Part shown: in pieces, positions 29,347-40,262 of the stretch
Numbering within the stretch: position 1 is the first letter of the stretch
How the letters are laid out: every line of letters begins with the position of its first letter
IMG/VR virus record: IMGVR_UViG_3300027777_001479
Location: 1-63,406 of that record
From: a virus
Lineage: Duplodnaviria; Caudoviricetes
Strand: one strand, 5' to 3'
DNA: 63,406 nt
Position numbers and translations under genes: made by a program
The notes under the pieces: model-generated
Told to the model about the DNA's origin: nothing
What the model saw: only the letters and a program-made list of their open reading frames with translations
The model's database searches: none

Positions 29347-30835
29347 AAATCAAGAATATAATAACAAGTTCAAACAACATTTATTACAAAGCGTTGGTGT
29401 AAAAGATGTTCAAATTTTAGAATACGTTAACCACAATCAATATTCTTTGGCTCAAGTTTATAATAGCGGAATCACAGAATCAATTTATGATATTGTTGTT
29501 TGTTGTCATAACGATATAAAGTTAGAAAAAAACTGGGGTAAAAAACTTTTAGAAGATTTTTCAAATAATAATGACTTCTCTATAATTGGAAAAGCAGGTT
29601 CTTGTTATTTTCCCGAGTCAGGAGTATATTGGGAAAGAATGAATAAAACAATGGTTGGTCAAGTTTATCACCACCCTGAAGGTCAAAAAAAATGGATTAA
29701 TAGATATTCAGTTAAATTACCATACTTAATTCCTGTTGTAACAATTGATGGACTTTTTATTTCTTTTGACAAGACCAAAATTAAACATCAGTTTGACGAA
29801 ACGATTGGTAAGTTCCATTTTTACGATCATGGATTTTGTTTACCAAATTATTTAGATGGTGTTAAATTAGGTGTTACTTCTTCTTTTGAAATCACTCACG
29901 AATCGGTAGGTCAACCAAATCAAGAATTTTGGGAGAGTAAAGAAAAATTTGTTCAAAAGTGGGGAGATAAATTACCATTGGATTTAAAACCATCAGAAGT
30001 TTATGTTCCTATAATTAAGGAAAAACCATTAAAAAATATTGGCAAAGTTGCTGTAATAATACCGACAAAAGGTAAAGTTGATATGTTATATGATTGTGTG
30101 AAATCATTATATGATAATTGCAATTCAAATTTGTTTGATGTATTTATTGCCGATACAGGATCAACAGATGACGAAAAAAATCAAATTAAATCTCAAATTT
30201 TACCATTAGGTAATGTTAATTTAATTGAATACGATTATTACAATTTTGCCAAGATTAATAACGATGTTGTTAAAAATCATATAAATGATGATTATGAATT
30301 TTTATTATTCTGTAATAATGATATTAAGATATTAAATAATGTAATTTACCATATGTTAAAAGTTTTTAAAACTAAAAAAAACGTTGGTACTGTTGGGGCT
30401 AGATTACATTTTGAAAATAATACACTTCAGCATGATGGGGTAAATATAATAGTTAACGTTAATAAAAAATCGGTAATCACAACTCATTTAAAAAAAGATT
30501 CATACTATAATTATGAAATAAATGAAAAGGAAGTTGCTGGTAACACAGCAGGTTTGATGATGATAAGAAAAAATGTTTTTAATAAGTTTGACGGTTTTAA
30601 TGATAGTTTCAGACATTGTTTTGAGGATGTGTATCTAAATTTACTTCTAATAACAAAAAATTATATTAATATAAATTTAGGTTATTGTGTTGCATATCAT
30701 TACGAATCACAATCAAGAGATATTGATAAAACAGAAACTGAAATGATTGAAGATTATAATAACATCTTAGTAAGATTTATAACCGAAAAAGAAAATTTTG
30801 AAAAAATAAAAAAATATATTTTAACAGAGAATTAG
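29318..30835 (+). CDS. Two-domain GT2-family glycosyltransferase
   Basis: CCHNDI, VVTIDG, FHFYD; second domain VIIPTK, IADTGS, NFAKINN, FCNNDI, FEDV. Confidence 0.8.
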   Translation: MITIVYSTHKNQEYNNKFKQHLLQSVGVKDVQILEYVNHNQYSLAQVYNSGITESIYDIVVCCHNDIKLEKNWGKKLLEDFSNNNDFSIIGKAGSCYFPESGVYWERMNKTMVGQVYHHPEGQKKWINRYSVKLPYLIPVVTIDGLFISFDKTKIKHQFDETIGKFHFYDHGFCLPNYLDGVKLGVTSSFEITHESVGQPNQEFWESKEKFVQKWGDKLPLDLKPSEVYVPIIKEKPLKNIGKVAVIIPTKGKVDMLYDCVKSLYDNCNSNLFDVFIADTGSTDDEKNQIKSQILPLGNVNLIEYDYYNFAKINNDVVKNHINDDYEFLLFCNNDIKILNNVIYHMLKVFKTKKNVGTVGARLHFENNTLQHDGVNIIVNVNKKSVITTHLKKDSYYNYEINEKEVAGNTAGLMMIRKNVFNKFDGFNDSFRHCFEDVYLNLLLITKNYININLGYCVAYHYESQSRDIDKTETEMIEDYNNILVRFITEKENFEKIKKYILTEN

Positions 30836-30871
30836 TATGAAAATTATAATAAAATATTTAAATAAATAATA

Positions 30872-31744
30872 ATGAAAGTATTAATAGGTTGTCTATTATT
30901 TAGAGAATACACAGGTTCAGAAATGTATGTTTTTGAATTAGCAAAAAACTTAATTGATTTAGGATGTGATGTTACGGTAACATCACCGAATATTGGTGGT
31001 CCATTAACGGATTTGGCAAGAAGTTTTGGGATTAAAACCCATAATTTATCATCAACATTTCAAAATAAAAATTACGATATTATTCACTCACAACATTATC
31101 CAGTTACCGAAACACTATTAAAAATTTTTCCAAACAAAAAAATGATATGTTCAATCCATTCTGAAATATATCAATTAGAAAATCCCATTTTACATCCTAA
31201 CATAAAAAAATATATTGCGATTAGACCCCAAATTAAAAATCATTTAGTAAATAATTTTTGGATTTCAGAAGAAAAAATTACAGTTATATATAATCCAATT
31301 GACATTGACAAATACAATACATTAGGTACAAGAGATGATGGTTATACTTTATTTGTTGGAACAATAGATTATACAAGACAAAATACTATTTTCGATTTGG
31401 TTGAATATACAAGAAACGAGAATAGAGAATTATGGTTAGTTGGTAAAAATCACGGAAAATATTTACCCCATATTTTAACAAACTCACATGTTAAATATTT
31501 TGATTCAACTTACGATGTGAATCATTTTGTTAAAAATTGTAAAGAAACCGCAGGTATTTTATTAGGAAGAACTACAATTGAAGGTTGGTTAACTGGTAAA
31601 CCTGGATGGATCTACGATGTAGATGGAAATGGGAATATTAAAAGTAAGGAATTACATCAAGTACCTGAAGATTTAGATAGGTTTAACTCTAAATTAGTTG
31701 TTAAACAAATAAAAGAAGAATATTATAAAATTTTAACACAATGA
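30872..31744 (+). CDS. GT4-like glycosyltransferase
   Basis: TGSEMYVFELAKNL, IIHSQH, VIYNPID, GRTTIEG. Confidence 0.75.
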   Translation: MKVLIGCLLFREYTGSEMYVFELAKNLIDLGCDVTVTSPNIGGPLTDLARSFGIKTHNLSSTFQNKNYDIIHSQHYPVTETLLKIFPNKKMICSIHSEIYQLENPILHPNIKKYIAIRPQIKNHLVNNFWISEEKITVIYNPIDIDKYNTLGTRDDGYTLFVGTIDYTRQNTIFDLVEYTRNENRELWLVGKNHGKYLPHILTNSHVKYFDSTYDVNHFVKNCKETAGILLGRTTIEGWLTGKPGWIYDVDGNGNIKSKELHQVPEDLDRFNSKLVVKQIKEEYYKILTQ

Positions 31745-32472
31745 AATTAATAATTTTAACTACAAGTTATAATTGTGAAAACTACATAAATAAGTGTCTT
31801 TCAAGTATAATGTCACAAACTTATAAAAACTTTATATGTTATATAACCGATGATATGTCTACAGACAATACCGTTAATAAAATTAAAAATTTTATTAAAA
31901 ATGATGAAAGATTTGTTTTAATTGAAAATAAATCAAAAATGTATCAGCCAGGTAACTACGATCAAGTAATTAGAGGTGACTATGATGTTAATGATAAAGA
32001 CATTTGTGTTGAGGTTGATGGAGACGATTGGTTACCGGATTCTAAAACATTTCAAAGAGTTGTAGACACATATTCCTTGGGGGATATTTGGTTAGCAAAT
32101 GGTAGTTTTAAATATCACGATGGCAGACCTGGGTTTGCACAACCACATAAAGATTTTGTAAATATTAGACAAAAAGTGTTTACATTAACCCATTTGAGAA
32201 CTTGGAAATCTTTTTTATGGAGACAGATAAAACAAGAAGATTTAAAAGATGAAAATGGGGATTATTGGAGTGTTGCTGGAGACTTATCATTTATGTTTCC
32301 TATGGTTGAAATGTCTGGCCCTGAACATTATAAATTTATGAGTGATATAAATTATATATACAATGAAAGTAATCCATTAAACGATCATAAAGTTAATATG
32401 TTTAAAGTTACTGAGGTTGTTAATAAAATAAGAAGTCTTAAACCTTATGAATTATATAACAACAAATCATAG
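31741..32472 (+). CDS. GT2-family glycosyltransferase
   Basis: SYNCENYI..CL.SI..Q, DDMSTDNT, VDGDDWL. Confidence 0.85.
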   Translation: MKLIILTTSYNCENYINKCLSSIMSQTYKNFICYITDDMSTDNTVNKIKNFIKNDERFVLIENKSKMYQPGNYDQVIRGDYDVNDKDICVEVDGDDWLPDSKTFQRVVDTYSLGDIWLANGSFKYHDGRPGFAQPHKDFVNIRQKVFTLTHLRTWKSFLWRQIKQEDLKDENGDYWSVAGDLSFMFPMVEMSGPEHYKFMSDINYIYNESNPLNDHKVNMFKVTEVVNKIRSLKPYELYNNKS

Positions 32473-33238
32473 AGGTGGTATTGGTAATGTAATGTTTAAA
32501 CTTGCCGCAACAATAAGTATGGCAATTGATAATAATATTGATTACATTTTTTCTAAAGAATTTATAAGACCTAATATAGATCCAAACTATGATACATACA
32601 CCAATAATCTTTTAAGAAATATTAAATTCATAAATTCACTTCCACAAAATTATTTTGTTCATACGGAAACCCAATTTAATTACCAAGAAATAAAATACAA
32701 TAAAGGAATTAATTTATTATTAGATGGATACTTTCAGAGTGAAAAATATTTTATAAATAACAAACAAACTATTATAGATATTTTTAAACCTACGGAAGAA
32801 ATTAAAAACGATATATTAAAAACCTTACCTGAAGTTAATAGTTATGTATCAATACACGTTAGACGAGGAGATTATTTAAAATATCCAAACCATCATCCAC
32901 AACAATCAAATGAATATTTCAAAACCGCAACTGAAATAATTGGTATAAATAAAACATATTTAATTTTCAGCGATGATTTAGATGGTATTAAAAATATGTT
33001 TGATTATTTACCCAATAAAATATTCTACACAACAAAAAAAGATTGGTTAGATTTGTATACGATGAGTTTATGTAAAGACAACATAATTTGTAATAGTACA
33101 TTTAGTTGGTGGGCGGCATACTTAAATCAAAACAAAAATAAAAAAGTAATAACAACAAATAAATGGTTTGGTTCTGCAAACGCCAACCATAACACATCAA
33201 CTCTATTCCCACCTGAATGGATAGTTTTAAATAAATAA
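32447..33238 (+). CDS. GT11 alpha-1,2-fucosyltransferase-like
   Basis: GGIGNVMF, GYFQSEKYF, HVRRGDY, FSDD, NSTFSWWAAYL. Confidence 0.88.
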   Translation: MNYITTNHRGGIGNVMFKLAATISMAIDNNIDYIFSKEFIRPNIDPNYDTYTNNLLRNIKFINSLPQNYFVHTETQFNYQEIKYNKGINLLLDGYFQSEKYFINNKQTIIDIFKPTEEIKNDILKTLPEVNSYVSIHVRRGDYLKYPNHHPQQSNEYFKTATEIIGINKTYLIFSDDLDGIKNMFDYLPNKIFYTTKKDWLDLYTMSLCKDNIICNSTFSWWAAYLNQNKNKKVITTNKWFGSANANHNTSTLFPPEWIVLNK

Positions 33239-33242
33239 AAAA

Positions 33243-33653
33243 ATGGAAAAAATATATTCAAAAATAGAAACTGAAAAACTATTACACATAATTAATCGTT
33301 TAGATGAGATTGATGGTAGATCTGAAGTCATACCTGAAAATAATTTTATTCAATGCGCAACATTGAAAATGGAAAAGAATAAAACTTTTCCTCCCCATAA
33401 ACATATTACTAAAGATAGACACTATAAGGAACAAATTGCTCAAGAATCTTGGGTTGTTATTAAAGGTAGTGTTAAATGTATATTGTTTGATATCGATGAT
33501 CAAATTATTGCAACTCCAATTTTATATCCTGGAGATGCAAGTTTTACCCTTTATGGTGGTCACACATATGAAATACTTGAGGAAGACACTATTGTTTACG
33601 AATATAAAACAGGTCCATATGAAGGACAATCTTTAGATAAAACATTTTTATAA
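33243..33653 (+). CDS. WbuC-like cupin
   Basis: PHKH...QESWVVIKG...GGH...EYKTGPY. Confidence 0.7.
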   Translation: MEKIYSKIETEKLLHIINRLDEIDGRSEVIPENNFIQCATLKMEKNKTFPPHKHITKDRHYKEQIAQESWVVIKGSVKCILFDIDDQIIATPILYPGDASFTLYGGHTYEILEEDTIVYEYKTGPYEGQSLDKTFL

Positions 33654-33654
33654 T

Positions 33655-34269
33655 ATGGGTAATTTAACTTTAAATAGTAATGAGATAGGTAGATGGTTTA
33701 ATGATAGGGGAGATTATACCCATAACATAACATATGATTTAAATGAAAACTCAATCATTATGAATTTGGGCGGATACACTGGTGTTTGGGCACAACAAAT
33801 GGTTGAAAAATATAACCCAAACGTTTATATTTTAGAACCTGTTCATAGTTTTTATGATGGTATGGTTTCCAAATTTGAGAATAACCCCAAAGTTAGATTA
33901 TTAAATGTTGGTGTTGGAATTGAAGATATAGATGGTGTTATCTATATGGGAGGAGATGGGACTTCATCTAATTTAATTAATGAGAATGGGATAAATGTTA
34001 AATTTAATACTATTGATACTATCCTAAATAATTTTGGTTTAGAATACGTTGATCTTATACAGATTAATATTGAAGGTGATGAATACCCACTTTTAGAAAA
34101 TATGATATTAACAGGGTCAATTAATAAATTTAAAAACATACAAATACAATTTCATTTAGGTATTGACAACAATGTCGATAGACGAAATAAAATTCAAGAA
34201 GGCTTTATAGCCAATGGATTCAAAAATAATTTTGATTACCCATTTGTTTGGGAATCATGGGGTAAATAA
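33655..34269 (+). CDS. FkbM-family methyltransferase
   Basis: NLGGYTG, INIEGDEY, IQIQFH. Confidence 0.75.
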   Translation: MGNLTLNSNEIGRWFNDRGDYTHNITYDLNENSIIMNLGGYTGVWAQQMVEKYNPNVYILEPVHSFYDGMVSKFENNPKVRLLNVGVGIEDIDGVIYMGGDGTSSNLINENGINVKFNTIDTILNNFGLEYVDLIQINIEGDEYPLLENMILTGSINKFKNIQIQFHLGIDNNVDRRNKIQEGFIANGFKNNFDYPFVWESWGK

Positions 34270-34279
34270 AAAATATATA

Positions 34280-35140
34280 ATGAAAGTTTTATTCAACTAT
34301 GCAAATTTAAAATTTTATAATTCACAAAAATTAAACTCTGAAACTGGATTGAGTATTGGTGGTTTTGATAAAGTATTTGAATTTAGAAAAGAAGATATTG
34401 ATCAAGAGTTTTATCAAAAAAATAGGCATATTTTAGATTATCCAAGAGGTGCGGGATATTGGTTGTGGAAATTTCATTTTGCGATGAGATTATTAAATGA
34501 TGATACAATTCCAGAAGATAGTTATATTTTTTATGCTGACTCTGGGTCTAAATTTATCGGGTCAATTGATGAGTTGATTAAAGTTTTTGAAAGAGATAAT
34601 TTATCCGTTATGACGTTTAGACAAAATCATTTAAGTTATATTTGGACAAAACGAGATGCGTTTATTTTAACAGGTACGGATTCTCCAGAATATACACATA
34701 CTGGTGCTAGAGTTGGTGGTTGGTTTTTGCTAAAAAAAAATGACTTCAGTAGAGAATTTATGGGTAAATGTCATGACTACGGTTGTGATCATAGAATCAT
34801 AACTGACTCACCAAATGAATTAGGTGTACCAAACTACGAAGGATTCATAGAAAATAGACATGATGAAACAATCATTACATTAGTTAGTAAGAAGTATGGT
34901 CTATTCCCATACAGAAACCCATCACAATGGGGTTTTATTGGTGATGTTAATTTTACCGATAACTTGTATGGTGAAGAAGCGACAAAAAAAATGGTTGAGA
35001 AATTTGGTGAATTATCAACATGGGGTAATAAATATGGTAATTATTTCCACGGTGAGTCATTAAACCAATACCCTCACTTTGAATTCGATAATAAATCAAC
35101 GTATCCAACAATAATGGATTTACACAAAAGCCCAGCATAA
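34280..35140 (+). CDS. Glycosyltransferase-like protein (likely start 34280)
   Basis: RGAGYWLWK, YADSG, ENRHDE motifs; glycan-cluster context. Confidence 0.6.
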   Translation: MKVLFNYANLKFYNSQKLNSETGLSIGGFDKVFEFRKEDIDQEFYQKNRHILDYPRGAGYWLWKFHFAMRLLNDDTIPEDSYIFYADSGSKFIGSIDELIKVFERDNLSVMTFRQNHLSYIWTKRDAFILTGTDSPEYTHTGARVGGWFLLKKNDFSREFMGKCHDYGCDHRIITDSPNELGVPNYEGFIENRHDETIITLVSKKYGLFPYRNPSQWGFIGDVNFTDNLYGEEATKKMVEKFGELSTWGNKYGNYFHGESLNQYPHFEFDNKSTYPTIMDLHKSPA

Positions 35141-35141
35141 T

Positions 35142-35678
35142 ATGATTAAAACACTCGGTAACGATATTATTATTGATGATGATATTGTTGTAAAACAAGA
35201 ATTAACCATAAACGGTTCACACGTAGCAATAGATAAGGGGTTTTACTGCACAACAAACGCTACCATTGGTGATTACGTTCATATTGGACCATACGTAACT
35301 GTAATAGGTGGTAAAGAAGGTAGTTTCAGAGCAGTTGGTTTTAATAATATCATGGCTGGGGCTAGAATTGTTTGCGGGTCTGATAGATTTGATGATAGTG
35401 GGTTATTTGGTGCCATGATACCAAAAGAGTTAAAAGGTACTCAAATAATAGTACCAGTAGTTATGGAAGAATTTTCTAATATAGGTACAAACGCTATTGT
35501 TTTACCTGGTTCGACACTTAGAAAAGGTGTGTTATTAACTGCTGGTAGTTTACTAATGGGTGACACCGAAGAATGGGGCGTTTATAAAGGAAATCCAGCA
35601 GTATTAGTTAAAAAAATCAACCCAACAAAAATAATTGAAAACGCTAAAAAATTAGGTTATGATTTATATAATTGGTGA
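35142..35678 (+). CDS. Left-handed beta-helix acyltransferase
   Basis: Hexapeptide repeats IGDYVHIGPYV; VYKGNPA. Confidence 0.8.
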   Translation: MIKTLGNDIIIDDDIVVKQELTINGSHVAIDKGFYCTTNATIGDYVHIGPYVTVIGGKEGSFRAVGFNNIMAGARIVCGSDRFDDSGLFGAMIPKELKGTQIIVPVVMEEFSNIGTNAIVLPGSTLRKGVLLTAGSLLMGDTEEWGVYKGNPAVLVKKINPTKIIENAKKLGYDLYNW

Positions 35679-36357
35679 TAGTCACGTATCTATATTTTCT
35701 GGTGTGGATACAATGGAAAACGGAAACATGCACATGCAACCAGAATTCGGCACGTGTTACACTTTATCACAAGGTCAGTTACGACAAATAATAAATCCAT
35801 TTCAAAAAAACCTTATTGATTTTTTAGCGATAAAAGTGGGATCATACACTGCTTATAATTCGTTTAATAAAATACCCAAAATAGAACAAGTAATACTTGA
35901 ATATAATATTGGGGTTAATGATTATATTTTTATGTGTTTTGGTCAAATAGATGTCCAAAATCATTTAATACCAAATGCGTTAAAAAACAACCACACAATT
36001 ATTGACACGATAGTAATATGTGTTGATAGATATATACAAACTTTAAACTATCTAAAAGAAAAATACCCTAATATTAAAATTGGGGCCTATGGTGCACCAT
36101 CTACATCGATTGGGTGTGGTAACCAACCAAAGATAAGCAAAGACGAATCAATAGAATACAATAAGATAACATTACTATTTAATGATTACCTTAAATCAAT
36201 GTGCGAAAAAAATGGTATTTTATTTAAAGAAATTTCTAAAAAATTATTACTACCAGACGGGTCAACTAATAATACTTTTGTTATTGATGACATACACCTA
36301 TCAGTAAATACAATCCCTTTTATCTTAGATGAATTTTCAAATTTAATAAATAAATAA
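35659..36357 (+). CDS. SGNH-hydrolase-like protein
   Basis: IIGDSH, FGQID, DDIHL. Confidence 0.65.
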   Translation: MIYIIGDSHVSIFSGVDTMENGNMHMQPEFGTCYTLSQGQLRQIINPFQKNLIDFLAIKVGSYTAYNSFNKIPKIEQVILEYNIGVNDYIFMCFGQIDVQNHLIPNALKNNHTIIDTIVICVDRYIQTLNYLKEKYPNIKIGAYGAPSTSIGCGNQPKISKDESIEYNKITLLFNDYLKSMCEKNGILFKEISKKLLLPDGSTNNTFVIDDIHLSVNTIPFILDEFSNLINK

Positions 36358-36359
36358 CA

Positions 36360-37001
36360 ATGATACAATTCCACACATACGGTGATAGCCACGCATCTGA
36401 GCATGGTGGTTGGACCAATATCCAAATAGATGGTTTAAGTGTAGTTATTAACTGGCTTGGACCTAAATTAATGTATAGTTTTGGTAGAGATAAAAATTTT
36501 ATATTAAACTATGAACAAATAAATAATGGTGATTATGTTTGTTTTTGTTTTGGAGAGATAGATTGCAGAGCTCACGTTAACAAATACGAACCAGATTGGA
36601 AAGAGTCGATTGATAGTTTAGTATCTGAATACTTCATAGCGATATCAACTAATGTTTCAAATTTAAACGTAAAGACATGTGTGTATAATGTTGTACCCCA
36701 ATTAGAAAGAGGGTTACCTGAGAACATGTGGATATCCGAATGGGATGAGGCAAATGCGCACAACCCAAATGTATTACCAGCGTTGGGTACAAATGAGGAT
36801 AGAGTTAGGTATAGTCTTTATATGAATGAAAAAATAAAAGAAAATTGTGTAAAATATGGTTTTATATTTTTTGATATCTATAATAAGTACACAAACGAAA
36901 AAGGATTTTTAAATCCTTTATATTCTGACACTAATTGTCACATAAAAGATCCTATTTTTATTAAGGAAGAATTAATGAAATTAATAAATAATGAATTATA
37001 A
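36360..37001 (+). CDS. SGNH-hydrolase-like protein (paralog)
   Basis: YGDSHA, FGEIDCR, DTNCH. Confidence 0.65.
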   Translation: MIQFHTYGDSHASEHGGWTNIQIDGLSVVINWLGPKLMYSFGRDKNFILNYEQINNGDYVCFCFGEIDCRAHVNKYEPDWKESIDSLVSEYFIAISTNVSNLNVKTCVYNVVPQLERGLPENMWISEWDEANAHNPNVLPALGTNEDRVRYSLYMNEKIKENCVKYGFIFFDIYNKYTNEKGFLNPLYSDTNCHIKDPIFIKEELMKLINNEL

Positions 37002-37794
37002 TTTAAAATTTGTACCTCTTTTCCCAGAATCACCGATATCTGGTGTTGGAATGGCAGGTAATATGTTGATAGTCATCAATGAACTACTAATAATGAATGA
37101 GGGTGATAGGGCTTGGGTAGATATGGGTTCTTATAAGTCTATTTGTTATGATAACTTAGATTACACTAATAATGCTTGGGAATACTACTTCACCCAAAAT
37201 GAAAAATTTGTAGATGGGAAGGAGATATTATTGATGCCACCTAGACCTGCGATTATTAATTATAACCATCCATATTCACAAAACGACAGTTTAATATTAA
37301 AATCAAAAAAGTTGTTCTACAATAATTTTAAAGTGAAAGATGACATATTAAATGAAGTGAACCAATTCTATGAAACTAATTTAAAAAATAAAACGACATT
37401 GGGTTGTCAGATTAGATTGGGTGATATGGTTAAGACACACGATGTTCCAAACATTGATAGGTATTGGAACAAGATTTTAGATATTTTAAGAGAAGAACCA
37501 CAGATAGAACAAATATTTTTAGCCACTGACGATGATGAGGCAATAGAGTACCTATCTAAAAAAACCCCAATACCTATAGTTTATCAAAAAAATATATATA
37601 GGACTTCAAGTGAATCTCCTTACGAAAGACTTAATTCTGAAAGAGAAAATCATGGACATAATTTATGTAGAGAAGTTTTAATTGATATGTTATTATTAAG
37701 TAAATGTGACTATTTTTTAAGATCTAAAATATCGGCAGTTTCATTAATAACTACAATTTTATCTGAAAATATTAAAAAAATATATATACCGTAA
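36991..37794 (+). CDS. NodZ/GT23-like fucosyltransferase
   Basis: NAWEYYF, GCQIRLGD, IFLATDD, LIDMLLLSKCDY. Confidence 0.7.
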   Translation: MNYNLKFVPLFPESPISGVGMAGNMLIVINELLIMNEGDRAWVDMGSYKSICYDNLDYTNNAWEYYFTQNEKFVDGKEILLMPPRPAIINYNHPYSQNDSLILKSKKLFYNNFKVKDDILNEVNQFYETNLKNKTTLGCQIRLGDMVKTHDVPNIDRYWNKILDILREEPQIEQIFLATDDDEAIEYLSKKTPIPIVYQKNIYRTSSESPYERLNSERENHGHNLCREVLIDMLLLSKCDYFLRSKISAVSLITTILSENIKKIYIP

Positions 37795-37795
37795 T

Positions 37796-38653
37796 ATGGA
37801 GACATTTTATAACATTACACCAACAAATCACGGATGGGGTTATGGTTACGGTTTTTTTTCTAACTATAGAATATGTTTAGAACAATTAATTCATCATCAT
37901 GAAACAGGTGGTCAAGGAACACCATATATTGATTGGGGTGAGACAACTTGGGTTGAGGGTTTCAACCCTTTTGAATCGGAAATGTTAATACCAAATGGTA
38001 ATCCGTTTGACTTTTGGTTTGACCAAAAAATTCCATCTTTCGATGATTCTGTAATTGTGTGTAAAAATTCCCCAAGACCAGATTTGATAGATCATAGTAA
38101 GCATTATTTTGATGATCCATCTCAATTAGCGAGACAAAAAACAATAGATCAGTTATATATTAAACCAAAACAACATATACTAAATAAAATTAATGACATT
38201 TATAATCAAGAGTTCAAAAATCATGTAGTTTTGGGTGTTATGGCTCGTGGGACTGAATATAATTTACATCACCCTATGTATGGTGTATTTGATGTTAATG
38301 ATTATATCTTAAAAATAAGAAAAATATTAGCCGATAATCCACAAATAAATAAATTATTTATTGTCAGTGAAGATAGTGAATATGTTAATGCCATACATGC
38401 AGAATTTCCATCCTCTTATTTTATACCAAATGTTTTTAGACGAACAGATGAAACTATGGAATACGTTAATAGAGTACATTGCTGGCCAAATGTTAGCACA
38501 AAAAGATTGGATCATTGTAAACTTTTAGGTGAAGAAACCATAATCCAAACTAAATTATTAGGTAAATGTGATTATCTTTTTGGTAGACTATCAGGTGTTT
38601 TAACTGGTGCCATTCTATGGAATGAAAATATAAAAGAATTATTTAAAATATAA
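37796..38653 (+). CDS. NodZ/GT23-like fucosyltransferase (paralog)
   Basis: GFFSNY, LGVMARGTE, FIVSED, LLGKCDYL. Confidence 0.65.
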   Translation: METFYNITPTNHGWGYGYGFFSNYRICLEQLIHHHETGGQGTPYIDWGETTWVEGFNPFESEMLIPNGNPFDFWFDQKIPSFDDSVIVCKNSPRPDLIDHSKHYFDDPSQLARQKTIDQLYIKPKQHILNKINDIYNQEFKNHVVLGVMARGTEYNLHHPMYGVFDVNDYILKIRKILADNPQINKLFIVSEDSEYVNAIHAEFPSSYFIPNVFRRTDETMEYVNRVHCWPNVSTKRLDHCKLLGEETIIQTKLLGKCDYLFGRLSGVLTGAILWNENIKELFKI

Positions 38654-38655
38654 GT

Positions 38656-39285
38656 ATGAAATCTCTACTAATACAGGCTAACGGTAACAATATTCGTTTA
38701 GGTAAATATTTTAAACAACCTAAATACGAATTGTATTATAATAATGAAAGAATAATTAATACAATAATAAATAATGCTTTTAAATGTGTTGATAAAGTAT
38801 TTGTTGCGGTTAGAAAAGATTTTGAAATTAAATTTGACACATCAAAAGTATCCATAATATTATGTGAACAAACAACTAGTAGATTGGATACACTAAAACA
38901 ATGTATCCCTTATCTAAAGGGGTTTGAGTCCACTATTATTCACGATTGTGATACTATTATTGAATCTTACGTTTTGAATAAATTAGAAAATAACTCCTTA
39001 GCAATAACTAATTATAAATCAGATGGTTTAAAATATGGATTTGTTGAATTAGATCAAAATTTTAAATATGTAAAAGGTAACGAAAAAGAAATGGAAACTG
39101 GGCATATAACAATAGGTGCGTATAGTGTTAATAATAAATCTTTTTGTGAATATCTAGAAAATGCGAATGAAGAAAGTTTATTAGTTTATTATAATCAAAT
39201 TAAAAATGTTAATGTGATATATTCTAAAAATCACACCAATTTAGGTGATATTAAATCTTATATTGATAATTTATGGTTATTGTAA
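38656..39285 (+). CDS. Nucleotidyltransferase-like (GT-A fold) protein
   Basis: LIQANGNNIRLG....PK, HDCD, KYGFV, IGAY, NLGD. Confidence 0.6.
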   Translation: MKSLLIQANGNNIRLGKYFKQPKYELYYNNERIINTIINNAFKCVDKVFVAVRKDFEIKFDTSKVSIILCEQTTSRLDTLKQCIPYLKGFESTIIHDCDTIIESYVLNKLENNSLAITNYKSDGLKYGFVELDQNFKYVKGNEKEMETGHITIGAYSVNNKSFCEYLENANEESLLVYYNQIKNVNVIYSKNHTNLGDIKSYIDNLWLL

Positions 39286-40262
39286 TTGATTTTGATGGTA
39301 CGTTAGCACTAGGTGATACTAATAATATAAAAACCATGACATTAAACATTAAATTAGCCCATATGATTAATAAAATGTATGATGATGGTAACTGTATAAA
39401 AATTGTAACTGCTAGAGGTTCTAAAACGTGTAAAACTATATTAGAAAGGGAAGAAAAATATAGAAATATAATAACTAATTGGTTAATAACTAATAATGTT
39501 AAATTTAACGAACTATCCTTTAATAAAGAATATGGTGATGCTTATATTGATGACAAGTGTTATAACATAACAGATGATATTGAATATGAAAAACTAGATT
39601 CAAAATTTACAACTAATAAAGTTAGAAGGATTAATAATTGTGTTGTTAAAAATAGTGACGAAGTTAAAAATGAATATGAATGGTACTCTAAAGCAACAGA
39701 AATTGGTTTGGATATTCCTAAAGTATTAAGTTACGATAAAGATACTATTAGTACCACTTATATTAATGGTATATACTGTGATAATGTAGATTTATTAATT
39801 AATACGTTACGCAAATTTAAAAATACTAAACCAACAAATAAAGTTAATTTCAACTCGTACATCGAAAGAATTGAAAACCATATTGATAACAATAATTTGA
39901 TTAAAAATGGTGATAAATTATTACTTAAATTAAATGAGATAAACCCATCAAACACCTTTAATCACGGTGATTTTTCCGTACATAATCAAATTATGTGTAA
40001 TAATAAATTATATCTTATTGATCCAATATATTCCGAAGATGTATATCAATCATATATTATCGATGCAGCAAAACATTTATATAGTATTTTATATTATAAT
40101 TTAGATGCCACTTTTTATAATTTATGTTATAATGAGTACATATTAAATTTAGATATAAAAGACAAAGAATTAGATATTTTAATTGCGTGTGAATCTATAA
40201 GAGTTTCTAATAGAAAAAGACAATTAACAGATATCACAAATAATTTAATTGATGTGTTATGA
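39273..40262 (+). CDS. HAD phosphatase (capsule-biosynthesis type) fused to an APH/choline-kinase-like domain
   Basis: DFDGTL, TARG, YIDDK; then HGDFS..N...LIDP. Confidence 0.75.
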   Translation: MVIVIDFDGTLALGDTNNIKTMTLNIKLAHMINKMYDDGNCIKIVTARGSKTCKTILEREEKYRNIITNWLITNNVKFNELSFNKEYGDAYIDDKCYNITDDIEYEKLDSKFTTNKVRRINNCVVKNSDEVKNEYEWYSKATEIGLDIPKVLSYDKDTISTTYINGIYCDNVDLLINTLRKFKNTKPTNKVNFNSYIERIENHIDNNNLIKNGDKLLLKLNEINPSNTFNHGDFSVHNQIMCNNKLYLIDPIYSEDVYQSYIIDAAKHLYSILYYNLDATFYNLCYNEYILNLDIKDKELDILIACESIRVSNRKRQLTDITNNLIDVL